From assembly GCA_902615855.1 (NCBI GenBank), contig CACMQN010000002.1, positions 66,460 through 130,459 on the forward strand: 64,000 nt of DNA. Reading direction: 5' to 3'. The DNA comes from an uncultured Candidatus Actinomarina sp. Its GTDB lineage: Bacteria > Actinomycetota > Acidimicrobiia > Actinomarinales > Actinomarinaceae. This document shows, piece by piece, positions 29,885 to 40,629 of the stretch (position 1 is its first letter; each line of letters starts with the position of its first letter). The notes under the pieces were generated by a model. The model worked only from the letters and a program-made list of their open reading frames with translations. It ran no database searches and was not told the DNA's origin. The position numbers were made by a program, and so were the translations under genes.

Positions 29885-30790
29885 TTACTTTGATGATTCT
29901 AAAGAGTTTATTACCTTTAAATCCTTATATGATATAGACTTTCGGACCATTCCTGCAGTTACATTTCCAGGGCCGATATGACACCATAAATCTGGATCTA
30001 TATCATTGTTTACGAACTCAATTTGTTGGTTAAACAAAACTGAATTATCTATTTGATTCACAAGATTTTCTTTCAAAGTTGATACTTCAACTTTTTTTGC
30101 ATCAACGTTCATATATACAGGAATCTTTCCTTCAGAGATATCAATTGAATTTAAAGTATCCTCAAGTGGTTTTTTTGCAGAGCTTACAATTTCAGTATGA
30201 AATGCTCCTGCTACTTCGAGTGGAATTACTCTTTTTGCGCTAAGTGCTTTTGGGTTAGACTTTAAGTAGTTCATGTCATCAATGTATGAACTAATTACTA
30301 TTTGTGAAGGATCATTAAAGTTTGATATCCATATTTGGATTCCTTGATTATTTAATTTTTCTATTTCTTTAATTGTTGTTTCCAAATCACTTGTTAAAAC
30401 AGCTGCCATAGTTGTATTGGAATTTTCTACAGCTTTATGCATCTCCTCGCCTCTTACTGCTATTACTTTTAATGCATCTTTATAATCTAAATATCCTGAT
30501 AGACATAAAGCTGTATATTCCCCAAGAGAATGGCCGATAAGCGCAGCAGGTTTGCCTAAATTATTAATTGCCTCAATTCCGTAACAATAAGAGACTGTGA
30601 AAATATAAGGTTGAGCAATATTTGTTTTTTTAATTATCTCAGGATCTTCCGAATTTATAATATCTTTTAGGCTCCATCCCAAAGTTTCTTCGAAAGTATT
30701 TATTAATAGATCGTCATACGTTTCAAGCAGCTCACTACCCATTCCTATTTCTTGAGAGCCTTGACCTGGAAACATTCCAACCCACTGCAT
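29885..30790 (-). CDS. fabD: Malonyl-CoA:ACP transacylase
   Basis: FPGQGSQ, GHSLGEY, VAGAFHT. Confidence 0.95.
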   Translation of the reverse strand: MQWVGMFPGQGSQEIGMGSELLETYDDLLINTFEETLGWSLKDIINSEDPEIIKKTNIAQPYIFTVSYCYGIEAINNLGKPAALIGHSLGEYTALCLSGYLDYKDALKVIAVRGEEMHKAVENSNTTMAAVLTSDLETTIKEIEKLNNQGIQIWISNFNDPSQIVISSYIDDMNYLKSNPKALSAKRVIPLEVAGAFHTEIVSSAKKPLEDTLNSIDISEGKIPVYMNVDAKKVEVSTLKENLVNQIDNSVLFNQQIEFVNNDIDPDLWCHIGPGNVTAGMVRKSISYKDLKVINSLESSK

Positions 30791-30792
30791 GA

Positions 30793-31170
30793 TTAATTGT
30801 CCTTTTCTGAGATAGCAAATGCTATTGCATTTTCATTCTCATGTGAAAGTGATATATGAATATTTGTAATATTTTTTTCTTTTACAGTAGCTGATGCTCT
30901 ACCAAAGGTGTTAATTGTTGGCTTACCTCCACCCGTAACTTCTATATCTTTCCAACTTATTTCTCTCCATCCTTTCCCTAAAGATTTCATTACAGCTTCT
31001 TTTGCTGCAAACCTTACCCCTAGCCTTTTTGATGGATCTGAAAATCTTTTTGCATATTTAATTTCTTGTTCAGTAAAACATCTTTTCAAGAATTTATCTT
31101 CAGATTTGTTCAATAATCTTTTTACTCTTTTGAGATCAACTTGGTCTACCCCAATACCATAAATACTCAT
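30793..31170 (-). CDS. acpS: Holo-ACP synthase
   Basis: GIGVD, RFAAKEA, ISLSHE. Confidence 0.95.
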   Translation of the reverse strand: MSIYGIGVDQVDLKRVKRLLNKSEDKFLKRCFTEQEIKYAKRFSDPSKRLGVRFAAKEAVMKSLGKGWREISWKDIEVTGGGKPTINTFGRASATVKEKNITNIHISLSHENENAIAFAISEKDN

Positions 31171-31172
31171 AT

Positions 31173-32861
31173 CTATCCTATTTCAACCAATATATCGCCC
31201 TTATTTACAGGCTGTCCTTTTTTTATATTAAATTCCTTGATAACTCCACCAATTGGTGCAGTAACAACATTTTCCATTTTCATAGCTTCTAAAACAAACA
31301 AGGAATCTCCTTTTTTTACTTTTTTCCCTTTCTTTGTCATCGTATCCATAATTGTTCCTTGCATATCTGCTTTGATAATCCCGGGATTTCTTATATTTCC
31401 AGTTAGATCCATACCAATTTTTTTAGGTCTTTGGGGTGCCAGTGATTGACTTTCATTATCGTCAAGAGAAATATTAACCTTACTTGGTCTATCACTAATT
31501 ATTTCTTCTTCAGAAATATCTTTAATTTTAAAATTTTCTTCCAAAAATTTAACATGTATCTGACTTTCTTTAAATTCTTTTGTAGATATCACTTGTGAAA
31601 GTAAAGAAATTGTCGTTGGTATCCCACCAATTATGTACTCATCTAAGCATCGTTTTCCTTTAGAGATAGCTTCTTCTCTAGACACTCCCCAAACAATTAA
31701 TTTAGAAATTAGATTGTCATAAAAATGTGATATTGATGTACCAGTTTTTACCCACCCATCAACCCTTACACCATTGCCCATTGGTTCTCTGTATTCGGTA
31801 ATTATTCCAGGTGTAGGTAAAAAGTTATTGGCAGGGTCTTCTGCGTTTATCCTAAACTCTATGCTGTGCCCTCTTGCTTCTGTTTCAAAATCTTCTAAAG
31901 AATTACCAAGCGCAATTTTTATTTGTTCTTTAACTAGATCAATTCCATATCTCATTTCTGTTACCGTATGCTCAACTTGCAATCTTGTATTCATTTCTAA
32001 AAAATAAAAGTTTTCATCATTATCAGCTAAAAATTCTACTGTACCTGCATTAACGTAATTTGACGACTTAGCAATCATGAGTGTTGCTTTTTTTAACTCT
32101 TCTTTTCCAAATTCAGACAACCATACGGGAGGACTTTCTTCTATTAGTTTTTGGTTCCTTCTTTGCAATGAACAATCTCTTTCACCGAGATAAACATGAT
32201 TTCCATATTTATCACTTAATATTTGAGTTTCAACATGTCTCGCTGGTTTTATAAATTTTTCAACATAAATTTGATCTGATCCAAAATATGCTTCGCTTTC
32301 ACGTTTTACAATCTCATAATTTTGATTTAATTCTTCCTCATTATTTACAATTCTTAAACCTTTTCCTCCACCTCCATGAGCTGCTTTTAGCGCAACTGGG
32401 TAGCCAAAGGTAGAGGCATCTTTTAATGCTTCTCTTTTTGTTCTGGATGGTTTCAATTGACCAGGGACAGGCACTAAACCAGCTTTAGAAATTAATTTTC
32501 TTGATTCAATTTTGTCTCCCATAGATTTGATTGTTTCTGGATTTGGACCTATCCAAATCACATCTTTCTTTTGAACTGCTTTTGCAAAATCAGCATTTTC
32601 GGCCAGAAAACCATACCCTGGATGAACCAAGTCTGCTTTTGTCTCAATTACAGCTTTCATTAAATTTTTTAAGTTTCTGTAGCTATCAGCAGGAAGTGAT
32701 CCTCCTAAATAAAATGACTCATCAGCACGTTTTACATGCAAAGAATCAGCATCAATATCTGAATAAACAGCAATTGCGTGCATGTCCATTTCTTTGACCG
32801 ATCTGATTATTCTTAATGCAATCTCACCACGATTTGCAATTAGTACTCTTTTTTTAGTCAT
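31173..32861 (-). CDS. Acyl-CoA carboxylase alpha subunit (biotin carboxylase fused to BCCP)
   Basis: LIANRGEIA, HPGYGFLAEN, EMNTRLQVEH, C-terminal EAMKM biotinylation motif. Confidence 0.95.
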   Translation of the reverse strand: MTKKRVLIANRGEIALRIIRSVKEMDMHAIAVYSDIDADSLHVKRADESFYLGGSLPADSYRNLKNLMKAVIETKADLVHPGYGFLAENADFAKAVQKKDVIWIGPNPETIKSMGDKIESRKLISKAGLVPVPGQLKPSRTKREALKDASTFGYPVALKAAHGGGGKGLRIVNNEEELNQNYEIVKRESEAYFGSDQIYVEKFIKPARHVETQILSDKYGNHVYLGERDCSLQRRNQKLIEESPPVWLSEFGKEELKKATLMIAKSSNYVNAGTVEFLADNDENFYFLEMNTRLQVEHTVTEMRYGIDLVKEQIKIALGNSLEDFETEARGHSIEFRINAEDPANNFLPTPGIITEYREPMGNGVRVDGWVKTGTSISHFYDNLISKLIVWGVSREEAISKGKRCLDEYIIGGIPTTISLLSQVISTKEFKESQIHVKFLEENFKIKDISEEEIISDRPSKVNISLDDNESQSLAPQRPKKIGMDLTGNIRNPGIIKADMQGTIMDTMTKKGKKVKKGDSLFVLEAMKMENVVTAPIGGVIKEFNIKKGQPVNKGDILVEIG

Positions 32862-32867
32862 AAAAAT

Positions 32868-33407
32868 TTATTTTAACTTTTGAGCAATTCCAATTGCTAA
32901 ACTTGCTTTAATTAAATCTCCAATAATAAATGGAACAACACCAATACTGATAGCTTCAACTATGGAAATGTTTAATGTAATCATCAAACCCAGAACTCCA
33001 CATATATAAATTGCTAGAGTTCCAGTAGCTATACCCACGGTTGGTTTTTGTGACATATTTCCAATTATTTGTGCAGCAATAAAAAAACCAATTATATAAC
33101 CAATTGTTGGACTTTTTAATATAGCTAAGCCAGCAACACTTCCTGAGAAAAAAGGAAAACCTGCAAGACCTGTAAATAAATATAAAATCATACTGAACGA
33201 ACCAAACCTACTTCCAAGAAGTAAGCCTGATAAAATAACAACAAAAGTCTGCGCTGTTATAGGTACTGGAGTAAATGGTAGTTCAAATCTTATCTGTGCA
33301 CTAAGTGCAGTTAAAATCGCAAAACCAAAAGATAAAAATAAGTTTCTTGTCAATGAGCCTTTTTCAACCCAAGCTATTGATATATTTTTAGAGGGGAATG
33401 TTTCCAT
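32868..33407 (-). CDS. bioY: Biotin transporter BioY
   Basis: PFTPVPITAQT, PTIGYIIGF, PFIIGDLIK. Confidence 0.92.
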   Translation of the reverse strand: METFPSKNISIAWVEKGSLTRNLFLSFGFAILTALSAQIRFELPFTPVPITAQTFVVILSGLLLGSRFGSFSMILYLFTGLAGFPFFSGSVAGLAILKSPTIGYIIGFFIAAQIIGNMSQKPTVGIATGTLAIYICGVLGLMITLNISIVEAISIGVVPFIIGDLIKASLAIGIAQKLK

Positions 33408-34875
33408 GTTTGTCTCCTACATTTGTTTTATTTACAAGCTCTTTAAATGCTTCAGTAACAACTTTTCTAGTTTCACTTGGTTTTATTATTTTATCTACTA
33501 ATCCAAGTTTTGCCGCAATGTCAGGATTACTGAAGTTTTCATTGTATTCATCTACAAATTTTTGTTTTAGTTCTTCAGGGTTATCACTATCATTTAATTC
33601 TTTTCGATTAATTATATCTACTGCACCCTCTGCACCCATTACAGCAATTTCTGCAGTAGGCCATGCGAAAAGTTTGTCTGCTCCTATACCCATCGAATCC
33701 ATAACTATATAAGCCCCACCATATGCCTTACGTATTACTACACAGACTCTTGGGACAGTAGCTTCAGAGTATGCATATAAAAGTTTTGCCCCACTCCGAA
33801 TAATTCCTCCATGTTCTTGCTCTACTCCTGGTAAAAATCCAGGCACATCTACGAGAGTTAGTAGAGGTATGTTAAATGCATCACAAAATCTTACGAATCT
33901 TGACGCTTTTATGGATGAATTTATATCTAAAACTCCAGCAAGTTCCATTGGTTGATTAGCGATCACTCCAACTGTATTTCCGTTTATTCTTACAAATGAA
34001 GTGATGATATTTGGGGCATAGTTTGCATGAATTGGATACTGCTCTCCATCATCGACAATGTTATTAATAATCTCGTTCATATCATATGGCTGATTTCTAT
34101 GTTCTGGTATTAAGGACTCTAAAGAATCAACATTTCTTGATGGATCATCTTCCGTGATAAAATTTGGTGGCTTCTGATCTGATGATTGTGGAAAAAAACT
34201 AAGAAGGTATCTAACTTCTTCAAAAGCTTGTTCCTCTGTTTCGCAAACTTGATGACTCACTCCTGATCGAGTCCCATGTGCTTCAACACCACCAAGTTCT
34301 TCATAGGTTACTTCTTCTCCTGTAACAGTTTTTACTACATTAGGACCGGTTACATAAAGTTGACCAATATCTTTTACTTGGAATATGAAATCAGTTAGTG
34401 CTGGACTATAAACTGCTCCGCCAGCTGATGGACCTACAATTACAGATATTTGTGGAATTTTTCCAGAAGCTTCGACATTTTTTTTGAATATTTGTGCATA
34501 ACCATATAAAGAAGAGATTCCTTCTTGAATCCTTGCTCCACCTGAATCTTTAATTCCTATTACTGGAGCTTTTGCTTCAAGAGCAAGGTCCATTATTCTT
34601 AAAATTTTCTTAGCAACTATTTCGCCAAGGCTTCCACCCATGACAGAAAAATCTTCAGAGAAAACATAAACAGGCCTTCCATGAATTGTCCCAGATCCAG
34701 TAACTACAGCTTCACCATCAGGATTTTGTTCTGATACAACATTTTGATCAATTTCAGAAAAGGAACCTTCATCTAAAACTAAATTAATCCTTTCATAGGC
34801 GGTTAATTTTCCTTTTGGATGCTGAATTTTTTTTGCTTTTTCATTGCGTACGTCAGCTAAATTTTCTTCCAACAT
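33388..34875 (-). CDS. Acyl-CoA carboxylase carboxyltransferase (beta) subunit
   Basis: GKLTAYERI, DSGGARIQEG, DVPGFLPG, RKAYGGAY, KHGNIPL. ATG 34875 avoids overlap with birA. Confidence 0.93.
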   Translation of the reverse strand: MLEENLADVRNEKAKKIQHPKGKLTAYERINLVLDEGSFSEIDQNVVSEQNPDGEAVVTGSGTIHGRPVYVFSEDFSVMGGSLGEIVAKKILRIMDLALEAKAPVIGIKDSGGARIQEGISSLYGYAQIFKKNVEASGKIPQISVIVGPSAGGAVYSPALTDFIFQVKDIGQLYVTGPNVVKTVTGEEVTYEELGGVEAHGTRSGVSHQVCETEEQAFEEVRYLLSFFPQSSDQKPPNFITEDDPSRNVDSLESLIPEHRNQPYDMNEIINNIVDDGEQYPIHANYAPNIITSFVRINGNTVGVIANQPMELAGVLDINSSIKASRFVRFCDAFNIPLLTLVDVPGFLPGVEQEHGGIIRSGAKLLYAYSEATVPRVCVVIRKAYGGAYIVMDSMGIGADKLFAWPTAEIAVMGAEGAVDIINRKELNDSDNPEELKQKFVDEYNENFSNPDIAAKLGLVDKIIKPSETRKVVTEAFKELVNKTNVGDKHGNIPL

Positions 34876-34939
34876 GCCCAACTTTCTTATTATTATTAAT
34901 CTATATATTTGACCTATGTATTTGTAAAGAAGTAACACT

Positions 34940-35596
34940 ATGAAATCTATTTTTTTTGATGAAATTGATAACACTCAAGACTTTGCTATAAAAGAATTTA
35001 AAGAAGAGCCACTTTTGATAGCAAGTAAAGCACAGACATCTGGTCGTGGTACTAATCAAAATAAGTGGAAAAATGCTGATCAAAGTTTGGCAACTTCATT
35101 AGTTTTTAATAAACAAATTGTTAATTTTACTAAAACACTTATCCCACTGTTGGCTGGCTACTCATATGTTTCCATAATTAAAAATCAAAATCTAAAATTA
35201 AAATGGCCTAACGACATAATTTTTAATAATGACAAAGTTGGTGGAGTCCTTGTGGAAGAAAGCAATGATCTTATTTGCATTGGTTTAGGAATAAATTATT
35301 TTTGGAAAAATCCCTCTATACCAGGAGCTAGTGGAATATACGAGGAAAAACAAGATAATCAAAAAATTTTTCAAGATGCTGAGGAATGGGGAAGAACAAT
35401 CTTAAATTATATAATGAATGAGAATTTTAGTCTGAAAAGCTATACATCAAAACTCACTACTTTAGGGAAGCTTGTTGAATATCCTGAAGGTAGAGGTTGG
35501 GCTAAAGATATAAATTCGGATGGATCATTAATTATAAAAACACCATCAGGTGAACTATTAAATTTAACGTCTCCCTTAATAAGTGAAATAATATAG
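34940..35596 (+). CDS. birA: Biotin-protein ligase (no DNA-binding domain)
   Basis: QTSGRG, LKWPNDI, KVGGVLVE, GLGIN. Confidence 0.88.
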   Translation: MKSIFFDEIDNTQDFAIKEFKEEPLLIASKAQTSGRGTNQNKWKNADQSLATSLVFNKQIVNFTKTLIPLLAGYSYVSIIKNQNLKLKWPNDIIFNNDKVGGVLVEESNDLICIGLGINYFWKNPSIPGASGIYEEKQDNQKIFQDAEEWGRTILNYIMNENFSLKSYTSKLTTLGKLVEYPEGRGWAKDINSDGSLIIKTPSGELLNLTSPLISEII

Positions 35597-35621
35597 TTAT
35601 CATTAATTCTTGAGAGGTTAA

Positions 35622-37715
35622 ATGAAACAGTTAGTTGTTGAAATAAATAATCCCGAACCAATATTATGGGAGACTCCAATTCCAAAGCCTGGTCCAGGGG
35701 AGATACTTATTAAAAATCATTATTCAGTTGTCTCAACTGGAACTGAAATAGCAGCAATTGAATCTGCTAATAAGTCTGTAACTGATAAATTACAAAATTC
35801 ATCAAACATTGAGAAAGGTATTGAACTTCTTGAAAAAGAAGGAGTGAGAGCTGTTTGGAATGCTATATTCCCAAAAAATATATTGCCTATTCAACTTGGT
35901 TATAGTTCATGTGGAAAAGTTGCAGAAATTGGAGAAAACGTAAAAAATTTTCATGTTGGTGACATGGTTGTTTCCAACGGTAATCATGCAGAATATGTTG
36001 TAGTAAATCAAAACTTATGTTCAAGGATTCCTGAAGACACAAATGAAAAAGAAGCAGCTTATACAGTCTTAGGTAGTATAGCTCTACATGGTCTACGATT
36101 ATCAGAAACTTCACTTGGATCAAGAATTGTTGTTGTAGGTTTGGGCATAGTTGGACAATTAGTATGCAGGTTAGGAGAAGCACAAGGATCAGAAGTCTTT
36201 GGTATTGATCCTGACGAAAGTAGAAGGGGAGATAGTAAAAACTTTTTTTCTACAATTAATGATCTACCCGTAGACGAAGTAGATTCGATAATTATCACAG
36301 CTGCTTCTGACAGCAATGAACCAATTGAAGCTGCAACAAAAATTGCAAGGAATAAAGCAAAAATTGTTGTTATTGGAGATATTCCTTTAAATATTTCAAG
36401 AAATGAGTTTTACTACAAAGAACTAGAGTTAGTTGTCTCAAAATCATATGGACCTGGAAGATATGATAAGCAGTATGAAGTTCTAGGAAATGATTATCCA
36501 ATTGAGTATGTCAGATGGACTGAAAATAGAAATTTTGAAGCTTTCTTAAAACTTTTATCTCAGGGTCAGATTACTGTTCAAGACTTAATTACTGAGGAAA
36601 TTGATTTTTCTGAATCTTCTGAGATATACAATTCCTTTAATTCTGATCAAAGACCTTTGTCAGTGTTGCTCAGATATAATTTAAAAGCTGAACCAAAAAT
36701 TCAATTTGAAAAAAATGATATTACTTCTGAAAACAACCAAAAAATTAAAATTGGAATAATTGGAGCAGGAAACTTTGCCTCAACAACAATTATTCCTTTA
36801 TTGAAGGAATTAAGAAGGTCTTGTCAGATTTTAGGAGTTTCATCATCAGGAGGATTAAGTTCTGAAGTCCTTGCGAAAAATTTTAAAATCAAGAATAAAT
36901 ACTCCACAGAAGACGAAATATTTGAATCAGATGAAATAGATGCTGTATTTATTCTTACTCAACATTTCAATCATGCTGATTTAGTTATCAAAGGAATAAA
37001 CTCTGGTAAAGCTGTTTATGTAGAGAAACCATTGGCAATTGAAGTTGATTCAATAACAAAAATTGAAGAGGCTATGTACAATGCTGAAGATCCAAAAATT
37101 TTTCTTGGTTTTAATAGAAGATTTAGTGAAGCATCTAATTTTATAAAGGAAAAATTAAATAATTCACCTGCAAATGCGATAAATTTTAGGTTTAGTGTTC
37201 CAAAATTAGACAAAGACCACTGGACCAATATAAAGGAGATAGGTGGGGGAAGAATAGTTGGTGAAGCCATCCATGCAATTGACTTAGGTACATATTTTTT
37301 TGACTCTCTACCACAAAGCATATCTTCCTACAGTCCAATAAACAAAGAAACTGATGAAGTTTATGACAATCAAGTCTTTATAAATATCAATTACGCAAAC
37401 GGCTCACATGCATCAGTACAATATTTTTCAGACACAAATTACAATTTATCTAAAGAAAGGCTAGAGATTCACGGAAGTGATAATTCATTTATTGTCGAAG
37501 ATTTTCAACTTATGAGATATTTAATCGGATCAGATGATAAGAGCAAAGTATTCTCTGACGGTAAAGGTCATAAACAAGCTATTGAAACCTTTATTAGTTA
37601 TGTTAAAAATGAAATACCAAATCCATTTACATGGTTAGAAATTAAATCAGTATCAATTGCTGGTATATATGCTCAAAATTATCTAAATTCTGGATCCCAA
37701 AAAAGTATTTTTTAA
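35622..37715 (+). CDS. Bi-domain oxidoreductase (MDR/zinc-ADH-like plus Gfo/Idh/MocA)
   Basis: STGTE, GYSSCG, SYGPGRYD..YE, IIGAGNF, VEKPL, GFNRRFS. Confidence 0.88.
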   Translation: MKQLVVEINNPEPILWETPIPKPGPGEILIKNHYSVVSTGTEIAAIESANKSVTDKLQNSSNIEKGIELLEKEGVRAVWNAIFPKNILPIQLGYSSCGKVAEIGENVKNFHVGDMVVSNGNHAEYVVVNQNLCSRIPEDTNEKEAAYTVLGSIALHGLRLSETSLGSRIVVVGLGIVGQLVCRLGEAQGSEVFGIDPDESRRGDSKNFFSTINDLPVDEVDSIIITAASDSNEPIEAATKIARNKAKIVVIGDIPLNISRNEFYYKELELVVSKSYGPGRYDKQYEVLGNDYPIEYVRWTENRNFEAFLKLLSQGQITVQDLITEEIDFSESSEIYNSFNSDQRPLSVLLRYNLKAEPKIQFEKNDITSENNQKIKIGIIGAGNFASTTIIPLLKELRRSCQILGVSSSGGLSSEVLAKNFKIKNKYSTEDEIFESDEIDAVFILTQHFNHADLVIKGINSGKAVYVEKPLAIEVDSITKIEEAMYNAEDPKIFLGFNRRFSEASNFIKEKLNNSPANAINFRFSVPKLDKDHWTNIKEIGGGRIVGEAIHAIDLGTYFFDSLPQSISSYSPINKETDEVYDNQVFININYANGSHASVQYFSDTNYNLSKERLEIHGSDNSFIVEDFQLMRYLIGSDDKSKVFSDGKGHKQAIETFISYVKNEIPNPFTWLEIKSVSIAGIYAQNYLNSGSQKSIF

Positions 37716-37783
37716 AATTAGCAAACTAAAAAATTAACAACGTTACTGTTACTTTGTCGTAAAGATATTACAAAAGGAAATAC

Positions 37784-37981
37784 ATGCCAAAAGGTAAAGT
37801 TAAATGGTTTAATAAAACTAAAGGTTATGGTTTTATTGAACCTGAAGAAGGCGACAAAGACGTCTTTGTTCATATTTCTGCAGTAAAGAATTCAGGAATG
37901 GAAGATCTTGAAGAAGGTCAAGAGCTTGAATTTGAAATTGTAGAAAATAACGGTAAAACTTCAGCAGAAAATTTAAAGTAA
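37784..37981 (+). CDS. cspA: Cold-shock protein
   Basis: [13 protein letters not shown] and DVFVHIS; AAGGA SD upstream. Confidence 0.95.
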   Translation: MPKGKVKWFNKTKGYGFIEPEEGDKDVFVHISAVKNSGMEDLEEGQELEFEIVENNGKTSAENLK

Positions 37982-37989
37982 AACTCTAG

Positions 37990-38062
37990 CGGCCACGGCA
38001 GGATTCGAACCTGCGACACCAGGTTTAGGAAACCTGTGCTCTATCCCCTGAGCTACGCGGCC
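37990..38062 (-). tRNA. tRNA-Arg(CCT)
   Basis: Reverse complement reads GGCCGCGTAGCTCAGGGGATAGAGCA-CAGGT-TTCCTAA-ACCTG...GGTTCGAATCC..GTGGCC-G; CCA not encoded. Confidence 0.95.
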
Positions 38063-38115
38063 ATAAAAAATAGGTTAAACTAATTTCATAAATAACTATA
38101 TACAAAAGGATTAAG

Positions 38116-39087
38116 TTGCTTGCAGTTAACGTTAATAACATAAAAAAAACTTTTGTTACAAAGCAAGAAACAGTTGAGGCTGTAAAAGATGTTAGTTTCC
38201 AAGTAGAGCAAGGTGAAATATTCGGATTACTTGGTCCAAATGGTGCAGGTAAATCTACAACAATTTTGATGCTTACAACATTATTAAGTGTTACAAGTGG
38301 AAAAGCCTCTATATTGGGTCTAGATATTACAACAAAAGATAAAGAGGTTAGAGAAAAAATTGGGGTAGCTCTTCAAGATACAGGCATAGATAATTTGTTA
38401 ACAGGAAAAGAATTATTTTTTACAACATGCAGACTTTGGGGATATTCAAAAAAAGACTCTGAAAAGAGAACTTTAGAACTTCTGGAACTCGTTGGCTTAA
38501 CAGAAGCCGCTGATAGACGAGTTAAAACTTATTCTGGGGGAATGAAAAGGAGACTTGATCTTGGTTTAAGCCTTGTTCATTCTCCAGAAATTCTTTTTTT
38601 AGATGAACCAACAACAGGATTAGACCCAGGTTCTAGGCGAGTTCTCTGGGAAGAAATAAAAAGACTTCGTGATAATGGAGTGACAATTATTCTTACAACA
38701 CAATATCTCGAAGAAGCTGATGAGTTAGCAGATCGTTTAGCAATTATAGATGAAGGTCTTGTTGTAGCTGAGGGAACTTCAGATGAATTAAAAGCAAGCA
38801 TTGGTGGTGATGTGATTACCTTTTCTTTTGAAAATGATTTAGATTTAAAAAATGCAAAAAATGTTTTATATGATGCAATTGAAGATAAAGGCCAATTAAG
38901 AATTACAGTCGAAGATGGTGCAGCAAAAATTCCAAGTTTTATAAATGACTTAAATAAAAATGGGATAATCGTTAGTTCAGTTTCAGCAAGCAAACCAACT
39001 TTAGATGATGTTTTTCTTGAGGTGACAGGATATAGGCTTGAAGGATCAGCTGGAACTGATTCATCAAATGAATTGGAAGTAAAGTAA
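38116..39087 (+). CDS. ABC-2 exporter ATP-binding protein (DrrA-like)
   Basis: GPNGAGKST, YSGGMKRRLD, LDEPT, TTQYLEEAD. Confidence 0.92.
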   Translation: MLAVNVNNIKKTFVTKQETVEAVKDVSFQVEQGEIFGLLGPNGAGKSTTILMLTTLLSVTSGKASILGLDITTKDKEVREKIGVALQDTGIDNLLTGKELFFTTCRLWGYSKKDSEKRTLELLELVGLTEAADRRVKTYSGGMKRRLDLGLSLVHSPEILFLDEPTTGLDPGSRRVLWEEIKRLRDNGVTIILTTQYLEEADELADRLAIIDEGLVVAEGTSDELKASIGGDVITFSFENDLDLKNAKNVLYDAIEDKGQLRITVEDGAAKIPSFINDLNKNGIIVSSVSASKPTLDDVFLEVTGYRLEGSAGTDSSNELEVK

Positions 39088-39884
39088 TGGAATCAAATAG
39101 ATCTTTTTTTGTACAACTACAAGTCTTAACAAAAAGAATGGTTTTACGAGTAGTAAGAAGACCTCTTGCAGAATTGCCTAATTTAATTATTTCAGCATTT
39201 TTCTTATTTGTATATGACGGTGCTCTTGGAGGAGTTTTTGGAGGATCTGCAAGTGGAACGCCCTTTGATTTTGCAAATGGAAATTTCATAAATTTTATTC
39301 TCCCAGTATCAATAGTCTCTGCTTCTTTAAGTGGTGCTGCCTCCGGTATATATTTAGTAGAAGATATTGAATCAGGTGTCTTTAAACGTTATCAAAGTAT
39401 GCCAATCTCTAGATGGGCTATAATTTTGGCTCCTATGAATGTTGGAGCTTTAAGAGTTTTATTACAAGCAGGATTGATTTTATTAATAGGAAAATTTATA
39501 GGAGCCAATCCCGAAGTTGGTAATGTGGGATTTTTCATTGTCCTATCACTCGCTTTTATTTGGGGGATGGGTTTTGCTGGTTATTCTGTTGCTGCTGGAG
39601 TAAAGTCAGGATCATCTCAGGGCGCACAGGCAGCTACTTTTTTATTTTTCCCTGCAATATTCTTAGCCCCTACTTTTGTACCTAGAGAACAATTGAAAGG
39701 ATGGCTAGAAACTGCGGCAGCCTACAACCCTACAACTTACGTAATTGAAGGAATGAGATCTGTAATGGTTCAAGGTTGGGAACTTGATACATTATTTAGA
39801 GGCTATCTATCTGCAACTTCATTTGCAGTGATAACCCTCACTCTTGCAGTTATATCAGCAAGAAAAGCAACAGAAAAAGCATAA
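39087..39884 (+). CDS. ABC-2 exporter permease
   Basis: About six TM helices, NPTTYVIEGMR; coupled to the ATPase gene. Confidence 0.9.
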   Translation: MESNRSFFVQLQVLTKRMVLRVVRRPLAELPNLIISAFFLFVYDGALGGVFGGSASGTPFDFANGNFINFILPVSIVSASLSGAASGIYLVEDIESGVFKRYQSMPISRWAIILAPMNVGALRVLLQAGLILLIGKFIGANPEVGNVGFFIVLSLAFIWGMGFAGYSVAAGVKSGSSQGAQAATFLFFPAIFLAPTFVPREQLKGWLETAAAYNPTTYVIEGMRSVMVQGWELDTLFRGYLSATSFAVITLTLAVISARKATEKA

Positions 39885-39939
39885 ATACTTTTTATATAGA
39901 AAATAAAATTAACTACTCTATATAATTCTTAAGGAAATT

Positions 39940-40629
39940 ATGGAAATTACATTAGAAGCAACAAATAGAGAAAAAACAGGATCTGGAGAGTCAAGAAGAT
40001 TACGCTCTACAGGATTCATTCCAGCTGTGATGTACGGTCTTGGAACAGAGCCACAGTCATTATTATTAAATTCAAGAGAATTTAATAACGCACTTAAAAC
40101 TGAAGCAGGATCAAATGTTATCTTAAATGTCACCGTAGGAAAAGATTCATTCCCAGCTCTTGCAAGAGAAATTCAACGCCATGCCTTTAAAGATGAGATC
40201 GTCCATGTTGATTTAGTAAGAATTGATTTATCTCAAACTGTTGAAGCAGACGTACAAGTTAACTTCATTGGAACTCCACTTGGAGTCAAAGAAGAAGGTG
40301 GTGTCGTTCAAACAGTCAATAATACGATTTCAATTACAGCACTTCCTACAAATATTCCATCATCATTGGATGTAGATATTTCACCATTAAATGTTGGAGA
40401 CAATGTAACAGTAACAGATATTCAATTACCTGAGGGAGTAGCGTTGGCCTCAGAAGATGACGATTCAATCCTTGTAACAATAACAATTCCTCGAGCTGTT
40501 ATTGAGGAAGAGGAAGTAATTGATGAGGAACTTGAAGGCGAAGAGGGTGAAGAAGATGCTGGAGAAGGCGATGAAGACTCTGAAGAAAGTTCAGATGATG
40601 CAGAACCAGCAGAAGAAAGTGGAGAATAA
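39940..40629 (+). CDS. rplY: 50S ribosomal protein L25/Ctc
   Basis: SRRLR..G.IPAVMYG, REIQRH, HVDL, acidic tail. Confidence 0.95.
   Translation: MEITLEATNREKTGSGESRRLRSTGFIPAVMYGLGTEPQSLLLNSREFNNALKTEAGSNVILNVTVGKDSFPALAREIQRHAFKDEIVHVDLVRIDLSQTVEADVQVNFIGTPLGVKEEGGVVQTVNNTISITALPTNIPSSLDVDISPLNVGDNVTVTDIQLPEGVALASEDDDSILVTITIPRAVIEEEEVIDEELEGEEGEEDAGEGDEDSEESSDDAEPAEESGE

Noticed and set aside
25780-34875. fab cluster as a polyketide or secondary-metabolite locus
   Set aside because: Ordinary FAS-II and carboxylase genes; no chain-length factor or tailoring enzymes.
40520-40618. Long N-terminal extension of Pth overlapping rplY
   Set aside because: Alternative-frame read of the acidic rplY tail; GTG 40619 gives a normal-length Pth.
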